NCBI GenBank assembly: GCA_000002445.1
Contig: CM000207.1
Coordinates: 2,272,001 to 2,336,000, forward strand
Reading direction: 5' to 3'
Length of the DNA: 64,000 bases
From: Trypanosoma brucei
Taxonomy: Eukaryota
The stretch's first letter is position 1. Every line of letters starts with the position of its first letter. Positions 53,201-62,173 of this stretch are shown here, piece by piece. The translations under genes and the position numbers were made by a program. The notes under the pieces were generated by a model. The model worked only from the letters and a program-made list of their open reading frames with translations, was not told the DNA's origin and made no database searches.

Positions 53201-53880
53201 GAAAAATAAAAAAAAGTATATATGAAAGATGAGGGAATCGATATTTTGAATCGTGTGCACAAAAAAAAACGCAAGACAAACAGGTAATAGTAACAGTAAT
53301 AATAACTTAAGTACCTGCATGCATACATATATTTATATATAATTTGTATGAATATATATATATAATATGTATTTGTGTATGCGTGTGTTCTAACGGTGTA
53401 AGCTGTGCGGTCAAAAAGATATGACAAAGAAAACAAAAGAAGATTTTTTTTTAAAAAAAAAGAAAGCAATGCAATATAAAAGCAGAAAGAGCCACTGATA
53501 CTCTTCTGTACATGTGGGCGGCTGAAGGTACACTCCGTTCCTATTTTCCTCTTCTTAAAATGTTGTATTTTTATTATATTTGTGTTAACATTTGCTTGTG
53601 TCCACGCTGGTGTTGCTGTTGATTCTTTCCCTTTCCCTTTTTCTTATTTCTTTTTTTTTCTTTCTAATTTTGAACCTTGTGTCCGTCACTTCTTTACATC
53701 AACCCTTCGAAATATGAGAACAACGTAAGCGAAGGCAAGTGAAGAAAGGAGTAAGTGGAAGTGGAAGTGGAAGTGGGCAAAAGGGAGGAAATAAGCGCAG
53801 GCACAAAAGCACCAAAAGAAGAAAACAAATAAACAAAAAAAAAGAAAGGTGTTAAAACACTTGTCACTCACCTTCCACAA
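50300..53880. repeat. An AT-rich, low-complexity intergenic region of about 3.6 kb, packed with heterogeneous microsatellites: poly-T/poly-A, (TA)n, (TTTA)n, (GT)n, (ATTATT)n, AAATCAAATCAAATCA, (GAAGTG)n, (GGAGGA)n.
   Basis: This can be read directly from the sequence. No ORF longer than 120 aa is present. Both flanking genes are on the + strand. Confidence 0.8.
53620..53700 (+). promoter_or_regulatory. Polypyrimidine tract upstream of the Utp6-like gene. It is the presumptive trans-splicing and polyadenylation-coupling signal.
   Basis: CTTTCCCTTTCCCTTTTTCTTATTTCTTTTTTTTTCTTTCT lies about 200 nt upstream of the ATG at 53883. Kinetoplastid SL addition uses such tracts. Confidence 0.45.
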
Positions 53881-53882
53881 CA

Positions 53883-56576
53883 ATGGCGCGAGCAACTGCT
53901 ATTGAGACACGGTTGGAGAAGCTCCTCCCCGCAATGGAGGAGTACTTCACCAGTGGTTTCCTCACACGCGAAGAAACTCACGAGGTGGCGCGGCAGCGGT
54001 CGCATTGGGAATATCGCCTCGTGGCAAAACCGTTACTTCTGCTGGACGTGCGAAGTGCAGCCCGCTACGAGTTGGAGTTGGAGGAGCGGCTCCGTCAGTA
54101 TTGTGTCGCAACAAAACTTGTGCTCCGCCACCGCTGGTCCATAATTGAACGTGTGGAGTACATTTATCGAATTGGCCTGCGCCACATAAAAGATCCCGAT
54201 GAATGGGAACTCCTAAGACGAGAGTACGTGTCGGTTCTCAAAAAACACCGCAGACATGGTCAGTTGTCTGCGTTATATGGCGAATTGATGGTACGTTTCC
54301 CAACCCGTAGCGCGCTGTGGGTGGAAGCTGCCCTATACGAAGGTGTGGAGGCGGAAAACGCAAGCAACGCACGGGCTCTCGTGCAACAAGCGGTGCTGAC
54401 ATCTGGCGCACAGCCCGAAGTGTGGAATGCAGCTGTTGTGGTGGAATTATACTTTACAGACCGGCTTCTAAAGAAACTTCTCGAGGATAAAGAAGAGGAA
54501 AAGGGAAAAGAGCATCAACAGAAGCAGAAGCAGCAGGTAGGGGACGAGGGAGGAGGGCATGACATCGTGACGGAGCTCAAGTTGGAAAATGCTGCACTCG
54601 CTGAAGTTGTGGTGGATTTAGCGCTTGTCCACGCCGTTGTGGAGGAGGCACTGGACAGTCCCGCTTTTGGTCCAAAGCTTGTCCGTATGCTGGTAGATAG
54701 TGTGACACGGTTCTGTTACACTAAACCCGTGTTAGAACGCCTCATGGAACTTGCCGCCAAAAAGATGGTCGCCATATTGAGCCCCGTCATGGCTAATAGC
54801 ATCGGTAACAGTAGTAGTGCTCAACTCAATGCATCGTCGTCGGGTACGGCTCGGCAGTGGACGGAGGTGGGCATCTCTCATTTCTTGGAAGATTACTTAG
54901 CACTCGAGGCCATTATGGCCGAAAAAGGAGTTGCGGGTGATGCGGCTTCTCTGCTGCGATCCAATGGCCGCACGCCGAGTGTGGGTCGAGAAGATTGGAA
55001 GGTGTCATGCATCGCCTCTCTCGTCTCCTCGCTGACGCTTCTCTACACTGATGAAGTGAGGTTTCCCATCGTCTCGCGTTTGCATTCCGGTGCCGTTTCT
55101 GTAGTGGAAAACTTAATGGAACGTCTGCAGCAACTTGGTTGCGCTGATGCGGTTTCTGCCGCTTGTCGGTGCCTCCTCCTGTCAACTCAGCAGCGGCAGC
55201 ACAAGGGGAAGAAGTCAGAAGCCGATGCTCGCGAAGAGAGTATAGCTCTCATTAATGAGGTGTTGAGCTGCTTATGGAAGGAAGTGAAGGGCTCAAAGAA
55301 GAAGCAAAAGAATCAAACGCATGACGCGGCAGTGGAACGGGTAGTAGCGATGCTAACGGGTGGTGCAGCCAAAGATGCCGTTCCTTCGGCAAAGAAGGCC
55401 ATGAAACGACCGCGACCTGAAGACCCCGCACACGTGTGGCGGCCGCTTTCTCGCTTTTTACTTCCGGAAGATCGCGCAGCGGTCCGCAGTGCGAGTGACG
55501 GAGTAATGCAGCACTGTACTAGCGCCGAGGTCGATCTTCTCTTTAGCCTCCATGACAGGGATAACGAGACGGATGCCGAGGTCGTTGGTCACGCCGTTGT
55601 GGAGTTCCTGCAGAGGTTTGAACTTATCCCCCCCACTGCCGGAGTGAAGGATGTGCGGCAGCTGAGTTTTACTGAGGGCCGAACCCCCATCGTTCTGTGG
55701 AAGATGTTTCTTCTTCTAGAGAGGTGCTGTGCTCAAGCAATTGTGGATTCGTTGCCGCGACGGTCAAAACCGCAGTCCTCCACAACACGAGGCAGTACAG
55801 GTGATAGTGACAGTGATAGTGATAGTGACAAGAAGGACAGGCTGCAGCAGGACAAAGACAGCGCCACCATGGATGTTAGTTTCGCGGCCGCTGGTTTGAG
55901 GTTTCTCGCTGGTGTGCCGTGCGGTGTGTTGCCAAGTATTGCCGTTGAAGAAGAGCGACTGAAGGGTTGTTGGACGCTGGTCACTGCTCGCGTTCACACT
56001 TTGACCGGACTGGAGTCTACCACGCGCGACAATTTTGTTTCCCGTCTTCGTCATCCCCCAACGGATGGCGCTGTCGCTAGTGATAACCAACCTGCTTGGG
56101 TGAATGGGCTGAGATCCATTCTTAGTGTATCCCGTCTTTGTCATCCTCTTCCTCGTCAGGTCTATGCCGACATCGCTGTTCCCTTCTTCGAGGCTCTTGC
56201 CTTATGGGCCCAAAAACAACAAAAGCCCCATAGCGACGTTAACGCCGCCGTGCAGGAGGCGCGGGATGCTCACACGTGCGTATTAGCGATGTACACGCAG
56301 TCTCGTAACCTCGCAAATTACATGCCATTGGTGTACCGTCTGCATCCACCAAACCGTAACAGCAACAACAACAGTGATGAAGATGATGGGTCCCGTGGCA
56401 GTACGGTTAGCAGTCGAGTTTCGGCAACGGAGCTCAACGCAGCTGACTGGGCTCGGTGTATTGCATTTGAACGAGATGTGGCGAAGGACTTACGGCGAGC
56501 GAAGGAGGTGTCGGGACGGGCGCGAAGGGAGACACTGGCGCCACAACATCTACTTCTCATGTTGAATAAATACTAA
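53883..56576 (+). CDS. UTP6: U3 snoRNP / SSU-processome protein Utp6-like (HAT-repeat protein). The C-terminal region is unusually long.
   Basis: The N-terminus MARATAIETRLEKLLPAMEEYFTSGFLTREETHEVARQRSHWEYRL parallels Utp6 (MAE.VQQRLE..LPELE.LE.KG.F.R.EI..I.K.R..FEYRL). ALWVEAALYE is HAT-repeat-like. There is an SD-dipeptide run (DSDSDSDSD) at about 55800. Confidence 0.6.
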   Translation: MARATAIETRLEKLLPAMEEYFTSGFLTREETHEVARQRSHWEYRLVAKPLLLLDVRSAARYELELEERLRQYCVATKLVLRHRWSIIERVEYIYRIGLRHIKDPDEWELLRREYVSVLKKHRRHGQLSALYGELMVRFPTRSALWVEAALYEGVEAENASNARALVQQAVLTSGAQPEVWNAAVVVELYFTDRLLKKLLEDKEEEKGKEHQQKQKQQVGDEGGGHDIVTELKLENAALAEVVVDLALVHAVVEEALDSPAFGPKLVRMLVDSVTRFCYTKPVLERLMELAAKKMVAILSPVMANSIGNSSSAQLNASSSGTARQWTEVGISHFLEDYLALEAIMAEKGVAGDAASLLRSNGRTPSVGREDWKVSCIASLVSSLTLLYTDEVRFPIVSRLHSGAVSVVENLMERLQQLGCADAVSAACRCLLLSTQQRQHKGKKSEADAREESIALINEVLSCLWKEVKGSKKKQKNQTHDAAVERVVAMLTGGAAKDAVPSAKKAMKRPRPEDPAHVWRPLSRFLLPEDRAAVRSASDGVMQHCTSAEVDLLFSLHDRDNETDAEVVGHAVVEFLQRFELIPPTAGVKDVRQLSFTEGRTPIVLWKMFLLLERCCAQAIVDSLPRRSKPQSSTTRGSTGDSDSDSDSDKKDRLQQDKDSATMDVSFAAAGLRFLAGVPCGVLPSIAVEEERLKGCWTLVTARVHTLTGLESTTRDNFVSRLRHPPTDGAVASDNQPAWVNGLRSILSVSRLCHPLPRQVYADIAVPFFEALALWAQKQQKPHSDVNAAVQEARDAHTCVLAMYTQSRNLANYMPLVYRLHPPNRNSNNNSDEDDGSRGSTVSSRVSATELNAADWARCIAFERDVAKDLRRAKEVSGRARRETLAPQHLLLMLNKY

Positions 56577-56974
56577 TCGCGAGTAAATGACGCTAGTGTA
56601 ACCATTCAGCGCCACATCATCTCTTTTTTTAAAAAAATTAAATAAAGCGGGTCTTTAAAATCCGAGTCATTCGAAATGAATGCCCGAGGAGGGCGTGTGT
56701 TTCTTTTTTTTTTCCTTCTTTACGATTAATAGTATCTTCTTACGTACATGCCACTGTCGCTCTGTGGAACTGCAAACCCATCAATTCCTCTTGGTCACTT
56801 TTTTTGCTATTATTGTGTTCTTACTTCGCTTCTCTTGGGCCTGTTTCTTTTCTTTTTTTGCTTTGATTCACTTTTTAGCGTGCTGATTACAGCAACTGTT
56901 TCTTTTTTTTCTTTTTCGCAACGGGCTTCCTATCCTCTCTCCCTTCCTCCCACCTCCGTGTGCGGAATTGATTA

Positions 56975-59041
56975 ATGCCGGTACGACCACCCCTTCAGCG
57001 ATGCACTGTTCGACCACTCCGGGGCGTACTTGTCCATCGCCCGCGGCCGAAAATATTACCGTTGGAAGCTGCAGTGATGCTTGGAGAACCGCACGCCATC
57101 GCAGCGTCGTTTCTCCTCCACGCTCACATCTCCACAGCTCGCAATGTTTCCATCGTTCGTGCGAAAAAGGCTAGTATTCGAGCCTCAAACAACATGAGTG
57201 ACTGCCTGCAGCGTGTTCTTTCATGTGGTTTGTCGAGAGATGTTCTCCTTTGCGCGTGTGCCGCCGCAGCAACACCACCGGAACTATTGCCACCGCTTGT
57301 GCAGCGTCACGTGCGTGCGCCGCGTGATGGAAATGTTGTGGTGTTATCATCGGCTGAATGGAGGGCATTCTTCTTGTCAATGCTGCGCGCTATTCACAGC
57401 ACGGCAGCGGGGAGACTCGAATTTTCTTCTCTTGCGCTGTTGTGCGCCACCTGTCTCGCGCCGTCCGTGCGATTAGGCGACCAACTCGCTCGAGCGTACT
57501 GTGGGTTCACTGGTGAAATAGAGAGGAATGGGGCTGTTTGTGCCAACAGTTTCGGTAGTACCGGTAGTGGCAGAGCGGCTGACGGTGTTGTGGCCTTTGC
57601 TGCATGTTGCACGATGATGAATATCTCTGAAGGGATGGAAAGTCGTGACACCGCTTGGATGAGGTTGTGGGCTGACGTGCAGCCAACTTTGCAGAGCGGT
57701 TGTGGTGATGAAGCAACGACGATGATGCCCAATGAAAGTTGGATTCGATGCCAAGAGTTACATCTTGATTGTCTGCTACGTACGGGGCGACATGAGGACA
57801 TTCGGAAAGTGTTGAGTCCCGATAGCCTAGTGACTAAGCAGTTCCACCGCATGTCTGATGATACTCTTGCTCAGCTGTTTGTTCAACCCTCACTTTGCGA
57901 CACCGTGCGCTTCCGTGTTCTCCGAGCGCTGCTGGATGTTAGTCGTGCAAAAAGTGAGGCCTTAGTGGCCCTTCAGCGATCACCCTTTTCAAGGAACAGC
58001 CACCTACCTAGTGTTACGCGTAGTGCGCGTATGGTCGCCGCGCTGCTCCGCTGCCTGATTGTGGAAGCCCGCGACCAGCCGTCGTCCTCCAGAAATTCAT
58101 GTCTGTTCAGTGATGTTGAAGCACTGTGTAAAATGTGCAACTCGTATGCCCTCGCCCAATCATTACTTCCCTATGCTGATGGCAGTAACGGCAGTGGTGC
58201 TGATAGGACCGGAGTTATCGCATTGCTGATGAAAGCAACACGTGATGAGTACCGGTCACGATGCCTCGCAGAGTTTGTTGCTGCCATCAGTGATGCCGTG
58301 GCGTTTGCCCGTGACTTTGCCCGGCGAGGAGATGAACTGGCGTCGGCAATGGTGCACGCATGCGCAGCTGTTCTTACCAACTTATTTACCTTATGTTCTC
58401 CCTGCCGAGCGAAGCATGACGGACACAGAGCGAACAGTAGCGGCAAAAGGCGAGCGAAGCCCGCCTGGCGTCTACGGCTGGAGCGGGACGAAGCCGTGCG
58501 ATCGCACAAGTACGAGTTGCTTCCCGGAGAGTTGCCGCATGGAGCGCTAAGCCATTTCATCGCAATGCTTCTGGCTGATGGATTCGTCCTCGACGGGGGA
58601 AGTTTGGGAGCCAACCTGGCCGCGGCAGATTTTCTCGATTTGAACTTTTACTCACTGCAGTTACTCGGTTCTCTCTACCATGCTACGCGGGCTATCGGTG
58701 AAGGTCAGGAGTTAGCCGACGTGGTTGGCGTCGTGGAGTCTCTTTACCGCAGACGACGGCAGGTGTTTGGTGAGGATGGTGTTGCGTTACTATGTGCACG
58801 CTGTCAGATAACGACGCTGGTCAGGCAAAAAACTGGAGGTAACTTAGGTGAAGGCAGCAGTGGTGATGCGGCACCATCAGGTGTGAAAGTTATGCGAAAG
58901 AGGATGTCATACCTCAGACCGGGTGCAGCAGACCTTGATTTCTTGCGCAGTCGCTCGGTGATTGCCGCTGGGGGAGCTTTCGCTGTGGACTGTAGTGTTG
59001 GTGTGTGGCTTCGGAAAGCCACCGTGCAAGTGGAGGCCTAA
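56975..59041 (+). CDS. Hypothetical protein (688 aa).
   Basis: It is a long Ala/Leu-rich ORF on the cluster strand with no recognised family. The start is uncertain; MSDCLQRV is an alternative. Confidence 0.4.
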   Translation: MPVRPPLQRCTVRPLRGVLVHRPRPKILPLEAAVMLGEPHAIAASFLLHAHISTARNVSIVRAKKASIRASNNMSDCLQRVLSCGLSRDVLLCACAAAATPPELLPPLVQRHVRAPRDGNVVVLSSAEWRAFFLSMLRAIHSTAAGRLEFSSLALLCATCLAPSVRLGDQLARAYCGFTGEIERNGAVCANSFGSTGSGRAADGVVAFAACCTMMNISEGMESRDTAWMRLWADVQPTLQSGCGDEATTMMPNESWIRCQELHLDCLLRTGRHEDIRKVLSPDSLVTKQFHRMSDDTLAQLFVQPSLCDTVRFRVLRALLDVSRAKSEALVALQRSPFSRNSHLPSVTRSARMVAALLRCLIVEARDQPSSSRNSCLFSDVEALCKMCNSYALAQSLLPYADGSNGSGADRTGVIALLMKATRDEYRSRCLAEFVAAISDAVAFARDFARRGDELASAMVHACAAVLTNLFTLCSPCRAKHDGHRANSSGKRRAKPAWRLRLERDEAVRSHKYELLPGELPHGALSHFIAMLLADGFVLDGGSLGANLAAADFLDLNFYSLQLLGSLYHATRAIGEGQELADVVGVVESLYRRRRQVFGEDGVALLCARCQITTLVRQKTGGNLGEGSSGDAAPSGVKVMRKRMSYLRPGAADLDFLRSRSVIAAGGAFAVDCSVGVWLRKATVQVEA

Positions 59042-59468
59042 CGGGAAACGGGATGTCTTCCCCGTCGGGTTATATATATATATATGTGTGTGTGTCTGTG
59101 TGTGTGTGCTGGAATTATTCCATTTCTGGTCGACTCTTCGGTCTGCTGTTGGCTCTCCTCACACCTTCTGGCACGTGTGCGGGAGGCGCTGGAATGACAG
59201 CGGCGGCGGCGTGAAACCGCATGAAAATGAACACAAGGGGTCAAATGTCTTTGTATTTGTTGTTGTTGTTCTATTCTAGATGTCACTTCTCCTTTGTTCC
59301 TCCTACTTCATTGCGCAAACATACGTATGCATCGGCCTCATCGTATTCTCATCGTTTTCTTGAATATAACAGCCACTGCTTCTCTTTCTCTCTCTTTAAC
59401 CCGTCCTCTAATTAACACTAAAACCAAACAATCTTCGCCAACAGCGCAAAGACTCCTTTTGGGCTCAC

Positions 59469-60221
59469 ATGAAGCTTAACATCGCTTACCCACGCAACGG
59501 TACTGTGAAGCAGTTTGAGGTGGCCGATGAGGTCCTCCGCCGCGTAAATCTTGGGGACTACCGCCTTGGCAACGAGGTGGACGGCGTCATCTTTGGCGAA
59601 CCCTTCAAGGGTTATACCTTTAAACTGCAGGGCGGATCTGACAAGGAGGGTTTTCCCATGGTGCAAGGTGTTATGGCCCCAAGTCGTGTCTCTCTCCTTG
59701 TGAAGCGTGGTGCTGTTGGCTTCAACACTTTCCGTGGTTATCAGGGTGAGCGTCGCCGCAAGTCCCTTAGAGGATGCATCCTCGCCTCCGATATTGCCGT
59801 GCTGAACGTTATTGTCGTACGTGTTGGAGAGCAGCCAATCGAAGGTGTGACGGATGTGTCCGTGCCGCGTCGCCTCGGTCCGAAGCGGGCAAACAAAATC
59901 CGTAAGCTCTTTAACCTCGGTCGCACGGATGACGTACGCAAGTATGTGATTCGCCGCAAGGTGACAAAAGAGGGCAAGAAGGACCGCTTCAAGGCACCCA
60001 AGATCCAACGCCTCATCACCTCCACGATTAGGGCGCGCCGTGCTAAAAAGGTGCGTGTCGCCATTGAGAAGGTGCGCAAGTCGGCAGCTGAGCGTCGTGA
60101 GTACCTCCGTCTCGTTGGTGCTCGCCGCCGTGCCGCCCGCCAGCGTAAGGCGGCACGTCATCACTTGACGAGAGTAAATGCTCAGAAAAAGGAGGTTGCC
60201 GCCTTCAAGGCACGGAAATGA
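59469..60221 (+). CDS. RPS6: 40S ribosomal protein S6 (eS6).
   Basis: MKLNIAYPRNGTVKQFEVADEVLRRVNLGDYRLGNEVDGVIFGEPFKGYTFKLQGGSDKEGFPM is the canonical eS6 N-terminus. There is a basic C-terminal tail. Confidence 0.9.
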   Translation: MKLNIAYPRNGTVKQFEVADEVLRRVNLGDYRLGNEVDGVIFGEPFKGYTFKLQGGSDKEGFPMVQGVMAPSRVSLLVKRGAVGFNTFRGYQGERRRKSLRGCILASDIAVLNVIVVRVGEQPIEGVTDVSVPRRLGPKRANKIRKLFNLGRTDDVRKYVIRRKVTKEGKKDRFKAPKIQRLITSTIRARRAKKVRVAIEKVRKSAAERREYLRLVGARRRAARQRKAARHHLTRVNAQKKEVAAFKARK

Positions 60222-61051
60222 TTTACAAATTCAAGGCCTTAGGGAGTAGCACGCAGTAGTGTCTTGATTTGGACATTTTATTTTAATCTCTTTTTTTTTT
60301 TCCACTTCTATACAATTATCTTTTGTTTTACAAGCCGCTGTCTTGAGCGGGCTCGGTTGGGTGATTCAGAACGATGATTGGGAATGTGTCTCTAATTTTT
60401 TTTTACAAAAAAAAAAGATAGATGGATAAACAACACTACATGGGCGGAAACTGGAGTGAAGTGAGTTGAAGGAAACCGCTTGGAATACACAGGTCAATGG
60501 AGGTAACGGGTGGAAATGAGAGAGTTTGTGTAAAAAGCGGAGAAGCTAATAATAAGTGAGGGAACGGAGCACAACATTAAAACATGTGTTAGCTTCGACA
60601 TGATTACTGCCTTCGCTTTGCTCATCTCCGGCTCTTCTCTTTTTCCAACCGTATTCCACTGGCCTCTTTTCTGCGGCTCCGTTGTTCACTCCTCTACCCA
60701 TTTCCGCCTTGAAAGTACAATACGTATATATATATATATATATGTATGTATTCGTCGTCGACTTATTACGTCCCATATCTTCACTTCTTAACTTTACGTT
60801 CTTTTTTTTTTCCAAAAAAAGAAAGAAACTATTCTCTTACCACATCTCAGGTAGGAACAGTCTCCAGATTCGGGTAACATCCCGTCCAGTAACTATCCGA
60901 AGCCGAATAGTTTTTTGGGTAAGGGAATAAAAAGAAAGCACAAAAAAGTAGATTGTGCTTTGTTGTTGTTGTTGTTATTGTTGGTTAGTTAATTTGTTTG
61001 CGCGCGTGTTTCTTGCGTTTAGCATCGAGAACGAAAACAACACTTCAGTAA

Positions 61052-62173
61052 ATGTCCCGGCGGGTGTTTGCGCGAAACATGAATGGAGAAATCTCCTCCA
61101 CATGGCGTGGGGGCGGCTCGGAAGCGAACGCGATGGGAGTTAATGTCGCCACATTCGGAGCCACAGGAGTATTAGGCACGCATATTCATCATCTCTGTTG
61201 CTACCATGGCTTCACAAGTATTGTTCCTTTTCGCTTCCGAGCTGGAATGGCAAGTGGCGTGCGGCATCTCCGTATGGCCGGTGATGGAACTGTCGGGCAG
61301 AACTTCGACACGGACTACGAGATTGACAAGGAGTTTGTAGTAAAGTCCATATTAGAAAAGGTAGACAACGTCATCAACGCCGTAGGTGCATGGCAGGAAC
61401 CTGCCGTCTATGAGAACAGTCAGTCGTGGTTTTCCATGGAGGCGATTAATGTGGAATGGCCACGTATGTTGGCACGGTGGTGTCGTGAAATGGGGATTCT
61501 GCGCCTCACGCATATGTCCATGGTGGGCGCAGACCTTCATAGTCCCTCTAAACTATTGCGGCAGAAGCGTGCGGCAGAGATTGCGGTACTCGAGGAGTTT
61601 CCCACTGCCACCATCATTCGGGGCACGGATATCTTTGCTGAAAATGACTACAGCTATTCGCGCTATCTCATGGCGCAGCGCAAGTACAAGATTGTTCCCA
61701 TGCCTAATAGGGGACAACGTATTCACCAACCCGTATTTGCTGGTGATCTCGCTGAAGCCACCTGCCGTTCCATTCTTCTGGACCATACGGAAGGCCGCAT
61801 TGCGGAACTCGGCGGGCCTGTGCGCTTTACCACAGCGGATTACTTGCGATGGTGTGCGGATTGCAACGGTGTACTCAACTTGACATGGCACATGCCCAAA
61901 TGGATGTGGCGCGTGGGATGCACACTAAATGAGCGACTTCCCATCAAGCAAGGAATTCTCCTCGGAACAAAAGCACCGTCGTGGAATACGGATTGGCTCG
62001 AGCGGCAATTTATTGATAACTGCGCCACACCGGAACGGGACCCCGAGCTGTTGGATTGGGAGGACTTTGGAATCCCACGCGAGGATCTTTACAGGATGGA
62101 GGAGAAATATTTTATTACATCCGCCATGTGGTCGCAGGACTCCCCGTATTTAGACTTGGCCCCACGAATGTAA
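61052..62173 (+). CDS. NDUFA9: NADH dehydrogenase (ubiquinone) 1 alpha subcomplex subunit 9 (complex I 39-kDa NAD(P)-binding subunit) homolog. The start may be the internal ATG (MGVNVATFGATG...).
   Basis: VATFGATGVLGTHIHHL is the Rossmann GxxGxxG motif. FPTATIIRGTDIFAENDYS and HQPVFAGDLAEA parallel NDUFA9 (ATVFGATGFLGRYVV; FPEATIIRPSDIFGREDRF; KQPVYVADVSKG). Confidence 0.75.
   Translation: MSRRVFARNMNGEISSTWRGGGSEANAMGVNVATFGATGVLGTHIHHLCCYHGFTSIVPFRFRAGMASGVRHLRMAGDGTVGQNFDTDYEIDKEFVVKSILEKVDNVINAVGAWQEPAVYENSQSWFSMEAINVEWPRMLARWCREMGILRLTHMSMVGADLHSPSKLLRQKRAAEIAVLEEFPTATIIRGTDIFAENDYSYSRYLMAQRKYKIVPMPNRGQRIHQPVFAGDLAEATCRSILLDHTEGRIAELGGPVRFTTADYLRWCADCNGVLNLTWHMPKWMWRVGCTLNERLPIKQGILLGTKAPSWNTDWLERQFIDNCATPERDPELLDWEDFGIPREDLYRMEEKYFITSAMWSQDSPYLDLAPRM

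Noticed and set aside
50300-53880. Centromere (T. brucei centromeres are AT-rich repeats).
   Set aside because: There is no consistent tandem unit, such as the roughly 147-bp repeats. It is only 3.6 kb and lies between two co-directional genes rather than at a strand-switch region.
59418-60164. 248-aa minus-strand ORF.
   Set aside because: It lies entirely antisense within the highly conserved RPS6 coding sequence. It is an antisense shadow ORF.
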